A stretch of 64,000 nucleotides of DNA from IMG/VR virus record IMGVR_UViG_3300021087_000002. One strand, written 5' to 3'. The position numbers and the translations under genes are program-made. Numbering within the stretch: position 1 is the first letter of the stretch; each line of letters starts with the position of its first letter. The notes under the pieces are model-generated. The model was given only the letters and a program-made list of their open reading frames with translations. It was not told where the DNA came from and did not search any database. The DNA is from an uncultured virus (IMG/VR IMGVR_UViG_3300021087_000002) (taxonomy: Duplodnaviria > Heunggongvirae > Uroviricota > Caudoviricetes). Below are positions 11,178-20,793 of the stretch, piece after piece.

Positions 11178-12654
11178 TAATTATTACCATATCCATTTTT
11201 GTGTTATTGAAAGTATATAGGGCTTCTTTAGGGGTCTCTACAATAGGTTCTTGACAATTGAAGCTAGTGTTAAGTACCATAGGAATGCCAGTGATATTAT
11301 AGAACTCGCTAATCAACTCATGATACTTAGGATTGTCTTCTTTACTAACAGTCTGTATTCGGGCAGTACCATCTTCGTGAGTAATCCCAGGAACCTTATC
11401 AGATTTGACAGGACAGATCCTTGACATATATGGGCTTGGTTGATTAGTATCAAAGTATTCTTGATAATGCTCTACGAGAACAGATGGTGCAAATGGCCTA
11501 AAGTCTTCACGGTTCTTAATTGTATGATTAATGATGTTTTTGATCTCAGGGTTACGTGGATCTGCAAGAATACTACGATTACCTAATGCCCTATGCCCAC
11601 TCTCAGACTTACCTTGAAACCAACCAACAATCTTACCATCAGCTATAGCCTGTGCTACCTCTTTAATATCAACCCTCTCTTCACCAACATAGTCATACTC
11701 TTTACCAGAATATACACTTGGTATATGCACGTTGTCGTTTAGAATATAGTCTGCATGCATGTAAGTACCTATAGATTGTCCTTCATCACCTGGAGCAGGT
11801 GGCACGTATACGTTATCCCAAGTCTTGGTTAGCATCTCATTCATGTATCCATTGTATGCAACTCCACCAGACACACATAAGTTGTCACTTGTTTTCAAAG
11901 CAAGTACATAGTCACTAATACGTTCTTCGGTTGCTACTTGAAGTGTTTTGGCAATGTTTTCTGGTCTAAGTTGATGCAGTGATCTTAGTTTTCCATAAGA
12001 CATTCTGCTATCAGGTAACTCACCAAATTCCCAATATCTTTCTAAATGCATATGTACCTCATGACTGTATTCGCCATAAGCGGCTAACCCCATAAGTTTG
12101 CTTGCACCTAGATTACCAAATCCTAACTCTTTTGAAAGATAGTTCCAAAGTATTCCCATATTCATATCATCAGATAGATCTGTTATGTCACCGTTCTTAT
12201 CACAGAATATACAGTTGAACTTCCAACCCCTACCATCAATAGCAAGAATATCACTTTCCTTATAACCAGACTGAAGGAATGCATATGCCGCATGGGATTG
12301 ATGGTGGTCAATATAGTATTGATTGCCGTTTCGTGCATAGTCCCATAGGTTGTATGGTTTAAAGTCTAAAAAGTCTTTAGGAAAGGCTGGATTGTCAATC
12401 TGCTTCATTCCACCTATAGTTGTTGTGAAAGCAAATATCTCATGATCGTCAGGTTTGTAAGTCTCATCATAGAACTTCTGCCCTGCGCTGTTGTCGTTTT
12501 GGTTCATCTTATCTGCCGTAGAATGATGAGGGTATGAATCAAAATGCCAAGGCACGTTGTGCTTTAATCTACTATATCTTTCTACTTGATTGTGCCACAC
12601 ACCGTCATACGTATTGTGGTCGTGAGGACCATAAGATGCACTAAAGATTTTCAT
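11146..12654 (-). CDS. O-carbamoyltransferase (NodU/CmcH/TobZ family)
   Basis: HHQSHAAYAF, IDGRG, KLMGLAAYG, SGGVAYN, PGDEGQSIG, RALGNRSILADP, REDFRPFAP, LNTSFN. Start set at MKIF (12654). Confidence 0.92.
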   Translation of the reverse strand: MKIFSASYGPHDHNTYDGVWHNQVERYSRLKHNVPWHFDSYPHHSTADKMNQNDNSAGQKFYDETYKPDDHEIFAFTTTIGGMKQIDNPAFPKDFLDFKPYNLWDYARNGNQYYIDHHQSHAAYAFLQSGYKESDILAIDGRGWKFNCIFCDKNGDITDLSDDMNMGILWNYLSKELGFGNLGASKLMGLAAYGEYSHEVHMHLERYWEFGELPDSRMSYGKLRSLHQLRPENIAKTLQVATEERISDYVLALKTSDNLCVSGGVAYNGYMNEMLTKTWDNVYVPPAPGDEGQSIGTYMHADYILNDNVHIPSVYSGKEYDYVGEERVDIKEVAQAIADGKIVGWFQGKSESGHRALGNRSILADPRNPEIKNIINHTIKNREDFRPFAPSVLVEHYQEYFDTNQPSPYMSRICPVKSDKVPGITHEDGTARIQTVSKEDNPKYHELISEFYNITGIPMVLNTSFNCQEPIVETPKEALYTFNNTKMDMVIINDYIVRKVGR

Positions 12655-13192
12655 AGATGTATTTTCCAATTTTATCATGACCAATTTGAGATGGGTGTCT
12701 ATTTGTTTCCGATATGAAGTCTGGTGTATAATCTCTCATAAACCCAATAGTATGTCCTTGAACGCAATCAAAGTTTTTACCATACAGTTCAATCATTTGA
12801 ATTTGAAAGACATCTATATTACGTACTTTACACAGAATGTCTAGCATTTTTTTATATCTAGCAGTCTTTTTAAGAAAGTATTCCTTGTCGCCAAATTGGT
12901 CTTGTCTATTATTGCGCCATTGTCCAAATACCGAATAGTCCCTACGACTACTTTTTGACCAAGCTGGTATCACTAAACCAATATCTGTTGGATCGTTTTC
13001 TATGTAATCAAATAAAGATGCAAAGATATATTCATTTCCTGCGCCAGATCTACCTAAATTGATTAGATCATAACCTAACTTATCAGCGACATAATGACAC
13101 CAACGTCTTTCAATACCATCATGATCAATGGTATGTTCGGTAAAACTGCAACCGCTTACTAATAGTTTCTTACGCACTATTTCTCGTTTCAT
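12641..13192 (-). CDS. SGNH-like hypothetical protein
   Basis: GCSFT, NLGRSGAGN and C-term HPSQIGH pattern. Confidence 0.55.
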   Translation of the reverse strand: MKREIVRKKLLVSGCSFTEHTIDHDGIERRWCHYVADKLGYDLINLGRSGAGNEYIFASLFDYIENDPTDIGLVIPAWSKSSRRDYSVFGQWRNNRQDQFGDKEYFLKKTARYKKMLDILCKVRNIDVFQIQMIELYGKNFDCVQGHTIGFMRDYTPDFISETNRHPSQIGHDKIGKYIYENL

Positions 13193-14006
13193 ATTCGTTT
13201 AACATTTCTAATACCTTGACTGCCCTATAATGTCCTGTTGCCCCCAAATGCTCAGTGCAATTGACGCAATACTTTTCATACTTAAACAACTTAAACGTCA
13301 TCATCTTATGCAAGTTATCCTCAGTCACATCAAAGTGCCTAGACCCATTAATGAACTTCTTACTACAGTGTCGTATCTTCTTTATTTCAAAGTCGATCAC
13401 AGGGACTGATGGAAACATGGAACACATCTTTCTGTCTTCAACGGCGGCTTGTGATGTCGCATCATAGTCAGGGGATCTTGAATTGAACGGTTTTAGTATA
13501 GTTGATGCATGATCAATCTCTGTTAAATCATGGTTCTCTCTATACTTGAAGTAGTTGGGAGTTTGAATTACGAGATTGTAGTTGTTGTTTTCATTAGGCT
13601 GAATAAAAGGATAGTTACCTAGCTTTTCAATTCTATCTTCATGAAAATCCAATACCAGATGCTCTATGTAAATAATATTTGGATCCTCAAGAATGTGTGG
13701 ATAGAACTTCCTAATTAAAGAGTTTGATAGAACTGATATTATGAAGTTAGGGTACTTGCGGATTTCCGCAATGACTTCATCAAGGTTCTTAATAAGCCCA
13801 GGCTCACCACCCAACAGATTGATCTTAGTGGGAAACGGAGCAAGGCCATCTAAACATGTTCTTAGGAAGTCCATATCAACATGAAGATTGCGCATCTGTA
13901 GTGTCCACGCCGTGCAATAATGACACGATTTGTTACAAGATTTGCTTAGATAGAAATCCACAGACTTGTAGTTGCTACCATACAGATGCTTTGTGCCTAG
14001 CTTCAT
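13170..14006 (-). CDS. Radical SAM enzyme
   Basis: CNKSCHYC (CxxxCxxC), LGGEPGL, C-term Cys cluster. Confidence 0.85.
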   Translation of the reverse strand: MKLGTKHLYGSNYKSVDFYLSKSCNKSCHYCTAWTLQMRNLHVDMDFLRTCLDGLAPFPTKINLLGGEPGLIKNLDEVIAEIRKYPNFIISVLSNSLIRKFYPHILEDPNIIYIEHLVLDFHEDRIEKLGNYPFIQPNENNNYNLVIQTPNYFKYRENHDLTEIDHASTILKPFNSRSPDYDATSQAAVEDRKMCSMFPSVPVIDFEIKKIRHCSKKFINGSRHFDVTEDNLHKMMTFKLFKYEKYCVNCTEHLGATGHYRAVKVLEMLNEYETRNSA

Positions 14007-14362
14007 TAGGTGTGCTTACCCCTTGTTACTTCTCCAGTTTCGGTATCTATAAACAACTCTGCTTTATGTTGTGGAGAGTCTCGCTTTTTACATATTGTAT
14101 AGCACACTTCAAAGACATTATCTCCCTTTTCTAAGTTCTCTGCAAATTCAATCCACTCGTCTTGTAGGAAGATTTCTTCAACAGTATCGTAATCATTAAT
14201 GTTAGAAACAGCCACTAGTTTCTTATAGACAGGATCCTTCCTCACTTTATCGGTATCAGCCCAACAGCATGGAATGACCTCTCCCCTATTGGTTAAGCCA
14301 AAAGCCTCTTGCTTGCCATTCATACACTTAGGATCTATTTCTACATTATCTTTGTTTTTCAT
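14006..14362 (-). CDS. Stand-alone SPASM/Twitch-like Fe-S domain protein
   Basis: KC...GEVIPCCW...CYTIC; no rSAM core. Confidence 0.65.
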   Translation of the reverse strand: MKNKDNVEIDPKCMNGKQEAFGLTNRGEVIPCCWADTDKVRKDPVYKKLVAVSNINDYDTVEEIFLQDEWIEFAENLEKGDNVFEVCYTICKKRDSPQHKAELFIDTETGEVTRGKHT

Positions 14363-15036
14363 TTTTTTACAATCTTACCATTCTTTTTGCCAACGTCTTC
14401 GCTCTCATACAAATCCAATCTCATAGCAGAGTTCTTAGGTTTCAACGGATCGTCAGGGGTTCTCCATCGTGAAGATATGAGAGTCATAAAATCTACATCA
14501 ATATCCTTTGCCATCTGCACAGCCTCTTGTATGTGATCCTCATTATAACTAAACACGATGTACTGCCATACTGGTTTTGATGTCAAGATACCTCTAGCAA
14601 CTTGCATCATCCTATATATCTTTTCACCGTCTTGATTGACCCGATACATATTACTCTCTGATGGTAATCCATCAATTCCAAATATCCACCTAGCTTTGGG
14701 ATTGGCGGCAAAGGCTTTTGGATACCATTTTTCAGGTTTTGCGCCTGATGCGTGATGAACACTCACACTACGTTTCATGGCGAATGCATGTTCAAGGATC
14801 TCAATAAACTTAGGGTGGTGTACTGGATCGGATACCTGTCCACAGAAGTTCAGATGTAGGAAGTGATCGGCTAACTTCTTAAAGTTATCAAGCGAAATAT
14901 CTTCACCAGGAACTTTTATCCCATGACGGATAAATGAACTCCACCGTTGACAACAAAGACACTCAAGGGGGCATCTATGAGTAATGTCTAAGTTCATTTT
15001 CTTTCTAGAAAACATACTGTGTTGATCAGGTCTCAT
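14359..15036 (-). CDS. Radical SAM enzyme (core only)
   Basis: CPLECLCC, FCGQVSDP, FGIDG, WQYIVFSYNE. Confidence 0.85.
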   Translation of the reverse strand: MRPDQHSMFSRKKMNLDITHRCPLECLCCQRWSSFIRHGIKVPGEDISLDNFKKLADHFLHLNFCGQVSDPVHHPKFIEILEHAFAMKRSVSVHHASGAKPEKWYPKAFAANPKARWIFGIDGLPSESNMYRVNQDGEKIYRMMQVARGILTSKPVWQYIVFSYNEDHIQEAVQMAKDIDVDFMTLISSRWRTPDDPLKPKNSAMRLDLYESEDVGKKNGKIVKK

Positions 15037-15400
15037 ATTGTGCCACTATCCTTGAGTTCGTTTTGGTTTGCATGACACTATTGAGAAACACATTGAACGC
15101 CGTGATGATTTTCACCTTAGTTTTTTGATTTAGAGTCTTACTAAATTTATATATACCATGGTTCGTTGGGTTGGTTGTCGCATATATCTTCTCTATTAGA
15201 AATAAGTATATATCATCCACCTCATCGTCTATAAGACTGTGATCGATAATATCATCTTGTACTAGATTGGATATTAGATTGTGTAGAACGTTTTCTTTTT
15301 CAAGATCCATTTGTATCATGTTGTAATTAGAATCTAGTAGACAAAACTTAGACAAGTCTTTATCCCAGATTAAGTTTAAGTCATCAGTATCATATTGCAT
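15026..15400 (-). CDS. Hypothetical protein
   Basis: Fills the gap between DegT and rSAM genes; likely start MQYDTDD at 15400. Confidence 0.5.
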   Translation of the reverse strand: MQYDTDDLNLIWDKDLSKFCLLDSNYNMIQMDLEKENVLHNLISNLVQDDIIDHSLIDDEVDDIYLFLIEKIYATTNPTNHGIYKFSKTLNQKTKVKIITAFNVFLNSVMQTKTNSRIVAQYET

Positions 15401-16449
15401 AAGTTCTCTACTTCTTCGTCCTCTAGCCATGCATGAATTGGCAATGACATTACAGTGTTTGCCGCAAGTTGGGCAGTTCCACAATCGTCTTTTCGATATT
15501 CTATGTCACTATATAGGGAATTGTTAGATAGAGTTTTCTCGTAATGGATTGATAGGTTTATACCTTGAGACTTAACAACATTCTTTACGTGTTTACGTTG
15601 TTCTTTATCATCAAACATTACGACATACTTGTGGAAGTTGTGTTCAAGATTGTATGGTCGATATGGTGTGCTTAGATCGTCACCTAACATCTCGTCATAG
15701 ATATCAGCAATCTCATTACGTCTCTTTTGCCACTTCTCCATATTGCCCATACGCATCAGAATGATATCAGCGTTACCTGTGTACATCTTAGAGTTATATC
15801 CTAGGAGCGAGAAGTCTTTGTCCTTGCCATGTCTTCTAACCTTCCTAGCATAATCACCCAACTCATCATCGTCAGTCATAAGAACTCCACCACCACATAA
15901 CCCTGAGATTACCTTATTGGCATTGAAGCTATATGAACTGGCATATCCGATAGTACCTGCTTTACGTCCATTGAATGATGTCCCAAGCGATTGAGCACTA
16001 TCCTCAATGAAACGAATGCCTTTACTATCACACCATTGCTCAATCTCTGTTGTATCAACCATGTTGCCATATAGATGTGTGTAGATAAGAGCCTTTGTCT
16101 TATCAGAAGCCATACGCTTGATACTCTCAAAGTTCATTTGATAACTAAGGATGTCAATGTCACAGAATACAGGTGTGGCACCTACCATAGAGATACAGGA
16201 TGAGGTAGAGATCCAAGAGAAATCAGTTACAAGAACTTCATCTCCCTTACCGATACCCATAAGAGAAAACCTAAGAGCATCAGTTGCATTCGCCATTGTG
16301 ATGCAATGCTTCCTACCAGTGTATTCGGCAATAGCATTCTCAAGGTTCTCAGTCTGTCCTTCTGGATCCTTTGCCATCATATTATCAAACACTGCCGTAT
16401 AATCGTCAATGCTCTCTAAGTATTCAATGTCCCAACCGTTGTATTTCAT
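15376..16449 (-). CDS. DegT/DnrJ/EryC1/StrS PLP-dependent sugar aminotransferase
   Basis: NATDAL, GDEVLV, GATPVFCDID, IEDSAQSLG, SFNANK (PLP Lys), SLPIH. Confidence 0.92.
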   Translation of the reverse strand: MKYNGWDIEYLESIDDYTAVFDNMMAKDPEGQTENLENAIAEYTGRKHCITMANATDALRFSLMGIGKGDEVLVTDFSWISTSSCISMVGATPVFCDIDILSYQMNFESIKRMASDKTKALIYTHLYGNMVDTTEIEQWCDSKGIRFIEDSAQSLGTSFNGRKAGTIGYASSYSFNANKVISGLCGGGVLMTDDDELGDYARKVRRHGKDKDFSLLGYNSKMYTGNADIILMRMGNMEKWQKRRNEIADIYDEMLGDDLSTPYRPYNLEHNFHKYVVMFDDKEQRKHVKNVVKSQGINLSIHYEKTLSNNSLYSDIEYRKDDCGTAQLAANTVMSLPIHAWLEDEEVENLCNMILMT

Positions 16450-17302
16450 TATATGCTCTCACTATAGGTTCTATGTTTGGCTTTCTTGCCCCACGTTCTA
16501 TATATACGGATCCACCATCGTGTATGTCTGGTCTATCAACTACAACGTTCTTTCCATAACGCCAACACTCCTGTAGTATTCTAGGTGCGGGATCAAATGT
16601 TTTCTTGACGTACACATACGTATCGAAGATACCCATTAGGTTCTTAACAGGTGACCTTACATTATTGAGATTCCAATTAACATATTCTGGTGGACAGTAA
16701 CCTATTATACCATGATCAGGATATTTGTCAATAGCTTCTTCTGCCCATTTGTAATAGTCTGGTGTGGTACCAAGGAACAAATGCTTAAACTGCACATCTT
16801 CTACAGGATCTTTATAGTTATCAAAGTGAATATACTTTTCAAACTGATCTCCTACGCCATTAGGGTATACGTCATGGTCGCACAAATCATAAATCTTCTT
16901 AGGCTTAAAGAAGTCAATAGCATCATTATACTCTATGGGGTGGTTTTCCGAGTAAACAGATATCAATGGGTTTCTAAATAGAAGAGACATACTAAACTGT
17001 TTATCTTCATCATGATCGCCTCTTTGTTTATAAGCGAGAGTAAGCATACTTCTGCCCATAATAAGATTTACCTCATTAGGTTCTGGAAAGTAATCATCAA
17101 ATATGATTGGTATGGTTTTAGTGTATTTCTCTTTTACTGAATTTAGATATTCCTTCTTAGAAAAGTGTGTCCCATTTCCTCCCCCTGCCCTAAAGACAAT
17201 CAATTGTACATCAATTCCTAGAGATGCAAGCTTGAAGTAATGTTCACAACTGTAGAAGAATAGACCATCAGATGGTTTACCTGTTACTACAATGTTTAAC
17301 AC
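16424..17302 (-). CDS. Hypothetical protein (possibly glycosyltransferase-related)
   Basis: 292 aa, GTG start; C-term DPAPRILQEC weakly resembles GT-B motifs. Confidence 0.45.
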   Translation of the reverse strand: MLNIVVTGKPSDGLFFYSCEHYFKLASLGIDVQLIVFRAGGGNGTHFSKKEYLNSVKEKYTKTIPIIFDDYFPEPNEVNLIMGRSMLTLAYKQRGDHDEDKQFSMSLLFRNPLISVYSENHPIEYNDAIDFFKPKKIYDLCDHDVYPNGVGDQFEKYIHFDNYKDPVEDVQFKHLFLGTTPDYYKWAEEAIDKYPDHGIIGYCPPEYVNWNLNNVRSPVKNLMGIFDTYVYVKKTFDPAPRILQECWRYGKNVVVDRPDIHDGGSVYIERGARKPNIEPIVRAYNEIQRLGH

Positions 17303-18027
17303 TCAAATGCCCACTTCTTTTCGTGACACCAGAAGCATACGCCACATGGTTCGGTATGAAAATTAGTTTTTTCAGCACTACCCACACAGGATGAAGTCAA
17401 TTCATAGAGATCCATGATATCGTTACTTCGATATATGTCGGCAACAAACTTCTTGTCTACGTTGACAAATGGTTGATAGTTAAATCCATATTCCTCAGCA
17501 ACCTTACCATCATCCCTTCTCTTCTCACGAACATCATAGAACCCATGTTTCTTCATTTCCTCAACAGGTGGGTTACCAGTCATACCAGTTACAATCATAG
17601 GGTTTCCATGCTTATCCCAGACCGAATGAGTAAACTCTCTAATCATTAGGATCTTGGCTAAACCACTTATTGTGCTACACCTTTCAACCCACTTATCTCC
17701 AACTAATACCTTTTCATTTTCCCACTCGTCTTCTGCTCTTTTACGTTGAACAGGATCTTTAACATCAAATTCAAACCATTCATGTTCTTTAATATTGTTA
17801 TCAGGAAACTTATCTTTCATCCACTGAATGATCATAGTTGCGGATAAGAAATCAAATGGAGCATATTTATCCTTACCAGTGTATGGAATGACTTCTATTT
17901 GAGGAAACTCCTTACATATGATATAAAGTAAGGATGCTGAATCAAGTCCACCAGACAATGATAACATAACCTTGTCTGGAACTCCACGTGAGAATAGATC
18001 TAGTTCTATATTATTGTATTTAATCAT
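17296..18027 (-). CDS. QueC-like PP-loop ATPase
   Basis: LSGGLDSA, TSSC...PCGVCFWCHEKKWAF; start set at MIKYNN. Confidence 0.75.
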   Translation of the reverse strand: MIKYNNIELDLFSRGVPDKVMLSLSGGLDSASLLYIICKEFPQIEVIPYTGKDKYAPFDFLSATMIIQWMKDKFPDNNIKEHEWFEFDVKDPVQRKRAEDEWENEKVLVGDKWVERCSTISGLAKILMIREFTHSVWDKHGNPMIVTGMTGNPPVEEMKKHGFYDVREKRRDDGKVAEEYGFNYQPFVNVDKKFVADIYRSNDIMDLYELTSSCVGSAEKTNFHTEPCGVCFWCHEKKWAFEC

Positions 18028-18751
18028 CTTCAAATCCCCATTTCCTTTCATGACACCAGAAGCAAGTTCCGCAAGCAACGGTTCCATATTCTGTTTGTTT
18101 GGGCGATCCTACGCATGAACTTGTGTAAGGATATAGTTCATCCATCAAGTCATTCTCTTTGTACACTCCAGCCACAAATCTTTTGTTTACATTTATGTAT
18201 GGAGTATATAGATTCCCCACAAAGGTTTTTCTATTATGAGGTTCGTTTCTAACATGTTCGGCCTTATCATAGAACCCATGCTTCTTCATATAATCGTCAG
18301 GGGGGTTTGCGGTTGTTCCCATAACAATCCATTCATACTTTATTTCAGCCCTAATACGTGCAATCGCTTCGCTCATTTGTATGTTTTTAGAAGTTCCTTC
18401 TGGAGCTAGTGCTGTCGCCATATCTTTATTATGTAAGTCGTTAGCCTTTTCCATCCAATATGGATCTCTATGATCAAAGGTAAATGATTGATTGTCTAGT
18501 ATGTTATGATTAGGAAATCTATCTTTCATCCACTCAATAATGTCAAATGCACACAGCGCATCGAACTTGGCATAAGCATCTATCCCGATTATAGGAGATA
18601 CTTTAATTTGTGGATAGTGTTTACATATTAGGAATAAAAGGGAAGCCGAATCTAGACCCCCAGATATAGACAATGCGATGTGTTTAGGAATACTAGGAAG
18701 AGACGGATCCGTAAAAAACTCTATCGTCTGGTTGGCATGTGTAATTTTCAT
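18020..18751 (-). CDS. QueC-like PP-loop ATPase (paralogue)
   Basis: ISGGLDSA, TSSC...ACGTCFWCHERKWGF. Confidence 0.75.
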   Translation of the reverse strand: MKITHANQTIEFFTDPSLPSIPKHIALSISGGLDSASLLFLICKHYPQIKVSPIIGIDAYAKFDALCAFDIIEWMKDRFPNHNILDNQSFTFDHRDPYWMEKANDLHNKDMATALAPEGTSKNIQMSEAIARIRAEIKYEWIVMGTTANPPDDYMKKHGFYDKAEHVRNEPHNRKTFVGNLYTPYINVNKRFVAGVYKENDLMDELYPYTSSCVGSPKQTEYGTVACGTCFWCHERKWGFEDD

Positions 18752-18760
18752 TCTATCACT

Positions 18761-19312
18761 TTATATTTTAGGATCATACCAGTCTATTACCTCATCATAT
18801 TCTGGTTTAGGTTCTGGGACAAACGGTCTAACAGAATCATTAGCATAACCTATATGCATGGTGAATTCAACTCGTAGATTATTGTTAGGAAAGTTAGACC
18901 AATAATTTACATCATCTTTATAACATAACATATAGCCAACTGATAGTCCTTGTTCAATGCATAGTGCAGTAAGTATTGCACTAAACATGCCTATTTCAAT
19001 ATTGCCTTGAGCAACTTCGTTATTAAAAGCATTGGGTTTAGCAAGTCTTGCAGTGAATAATAGGTTATATGGAGCAAGTGATTGGGTGTTTGATGTTTGA
19101 CCCATGTGTTGACTTAATAGATATAGTTCACCTTTCAAGTCATAATGCTCAGGACCTATAACGTGAACAGAATATGGAAAGATGTTTTGTTTGGATGGTG
19201 TCAAGGAAAAGGTCTTACGCAACAGATCATCTATAAGTTCTCTTGATGGAATCTTCTCCTCATCAAAGGATCTTATCTGTCTTCTTGTTGTGAAGAGCTT
19301 TTCTATAGTCAT
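18761..19312 (-). CDS. Nitroreductase-family flavoprotein
   Basis: RRQIRSF, TPSKQNIFPY, GLSVG, IGY motifs. Confidence 0.75.
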   Translation of the reverse strand: MTIEKLFTTRRQIRSFDEEKIPSRELIDDLLRKTFSLTPSKQNIFPYSVHVIGPEHYDLKGELYLLSQHMGQTSNTQSLAPYNLLFTARLAKPNAFNNEVAQGNIEIGMFSAILTALCIEQGLSVGYMLCYKDDVNYWSNFPNNNLRVEFTMHIGYANDSVRPFVPEPKPEYDEVIDWYDPKI

Positions 19313-19323
19313 TTTAATTTACC

Positions 19324-19331
19324 TATAAATA
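19324..19331 (+). promoter_or_regulatory. T4-type late promoter
   Basis: TATAAATA in the intergenic gap upstream of rSAM 19358. Confidence 0.7.
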
Positions 19332-19347
19332 GTGAAGTATTCGAGGG

Positions 19348-19355
19348 TATTTATA
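19348..19355 (-). promoter_or_regulatory. T4-type late promoter for the minus-strand island
   Basis: TATTTATA on + strand (TATAAATA on - strand), upstream of the nitroreductase start at 19312. Confidence 0.7.
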
Positions 19356-19357
19356 AC

Positions 19358-20299
19358 ATGATTAAAAAAGCGGTAATAGAGATATGTGGTTCGTGCAACT
19401 ATACTTGTACGTTCTGTCCACATTCTTTTGAAGGTGGTAGAGAAAAATCATTTAAAAGAATGATGAACTATAAGATGTTTGTTGATATGTTAGATCAATT
19501 AACAGATACAGAATGTGAAGAGATATATCTTGAAGGTTCTGGTGAGCCAACCATGAATAAGAAATTACCTGACTTTGTAAAAGCTGGTACTGATAGAGGA
19601 TTTAAAATGTCTTTTATCACTAACGGTTTCTGGTTTAAAGATGATCTTATGAAAAGAACCATTGATGCTGGTATGCACTTTGCTCGTATATCTGTTACTG
19701 GATATAATCCTCTATTGTATAAAGAACAAATGAGCAAAGATGCTTTCTATGAAGTTAGAGATAATGCTAATGCGGCTATTGAGTATGGCGGTAATATAGG
19801 TTCATATCATTTAATCTTAGATAACGATAATGTAAACTATGAAGCTAGTGAATACATATGTAACTGGATTAAACATGTTCCTGGGGTTAAGGCTTCTATA
19901 TGGAAAATGCATAACTGGTCTGGTCAACTTGGCGTTGATTGGAGAATAGGTAAAAAGAAACGTAGCTGTGGTAGACCTTTCTCTCCTGATCTGATTGTAA
20001 GAGCAGGTGGTAATAATGGTATGACTGGTGCTGTTGTTCCTTGCTGTATGGTTTTAGGTCAAGATAGTAAAGGAGTATTAGGACACTTATCACATCAGAC
20101 TATTGAGGAAGTATGGTATGGAGATGAATACAATAAACTAAGAAAAGCACATGAGATGCATGAATTTGATTCTATAGATTATTGTAAGAACTGCGATATG
20201 TTATATGATGCACCAGAGGCTTTGGTGTGGTCTAACTTTGATGCTGATTACAATACACTAACTGGTTCAACTTTCACGATGGAGAAATATAGAATATGA
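19358..20299 (+). CDS. Radical SAM/SPASM(Twitch) enzyme
   Basis: CNYTCTFC, GSGEP, ITNG, SCGRPF...VPCC...CKNC. Confidence 0.9.
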   Translation: MIKKAVIEICGSCNYTCTFCPHSFEGGREKSFKRMMNYKMFVDMLDQLTDTECEEIYLEGSGEPTMNKKLPDFVKAGTDRGFKMSFITNGFWFKDDLMKRTIDAGMHFARISVTGYNPLLYKEQMSKDAFYEVRDNANAAIEYGGNIGSYHLILDNDNVNYEASEYICNWIKHVPGVKASIWKMHNWSGQLGVDWRIGKKKRSCGRPFSPDLIVRAGGNNGMTGAVVPCCMVLGQDSKGVLGHLSHQTIEEVWYGDEYNKLRKAHEMHEFDSIDYCKNCDMLYDAPEALVWSNFDADYNTLTGSTFTMEKYRI

Positions 20300-20793
20300 C
20301 AAAAATACTTATAAGAGATAACTTCTTATCAGAAGAAACATACAATGCTATACTCCTTGATGCAATATCTACCAAGCAAGATGGTAGTGTTAGTAGGCAT
20401 TGGTACGACTATGATCCAACACCAGAGATTGCGCAGTTCGCAAATTACTTTGGCAAGAAACGTGGTTATAGAGAATTGGCTAGGTTTATACACACCACAA
20501 CCACAGTCCCAAACTTTACCCACAAGATACATGATGAAGCAGAGTTTAAGATCATGTCAGCAATCATATATCTAAGTCCAGAGAAAAACCACGGAACGAC
20601 ATTTTATATCGACGGAAAGCAAGAGACTGTTGAATGGAAACCTAACAGACTAATGGTCTTTTGTGGAGAGACAGGTGTGACGTGGCATGATTATAAGTCT
20701 AGCGACGAAACAAGATATACATATAACTACTTTCTAGTAGACCCAACAAAGATTGAAAATGAAGCATATAAAGACTATTGCATTAGGCTGTGA
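20296..20793 (+). CDS. 2OG-Fe(II) oxygenase
   Basis: HDE...IIYL...GTTF...WKPNR...WH...RYT facial-triad pattern. Confidence 0.75.
   Translation: MTKILIRDNFLSEETYNAILLDAISTKQDGSVSRHWYDYDPTPEIAQFANYFGKKRGYRELARFIHTTTTVPNFTHKIHDEAEFKIMSAIIYLSPEKNHGTTFYIDGKQETVEWKPNRLMVFCGETGVTWHDYKSSDETRYTYNYFLVDPTKIENEAYKDYCIRL

Noticed and set aside
13170..18751. Calling island 1 a queuosine/7-deazaguanine DNA modification pathway
   Set aside because: The rSAMs lack recognisable QueE features, no FolE, QueD or DpdA is seen, and the promoters are late-type.
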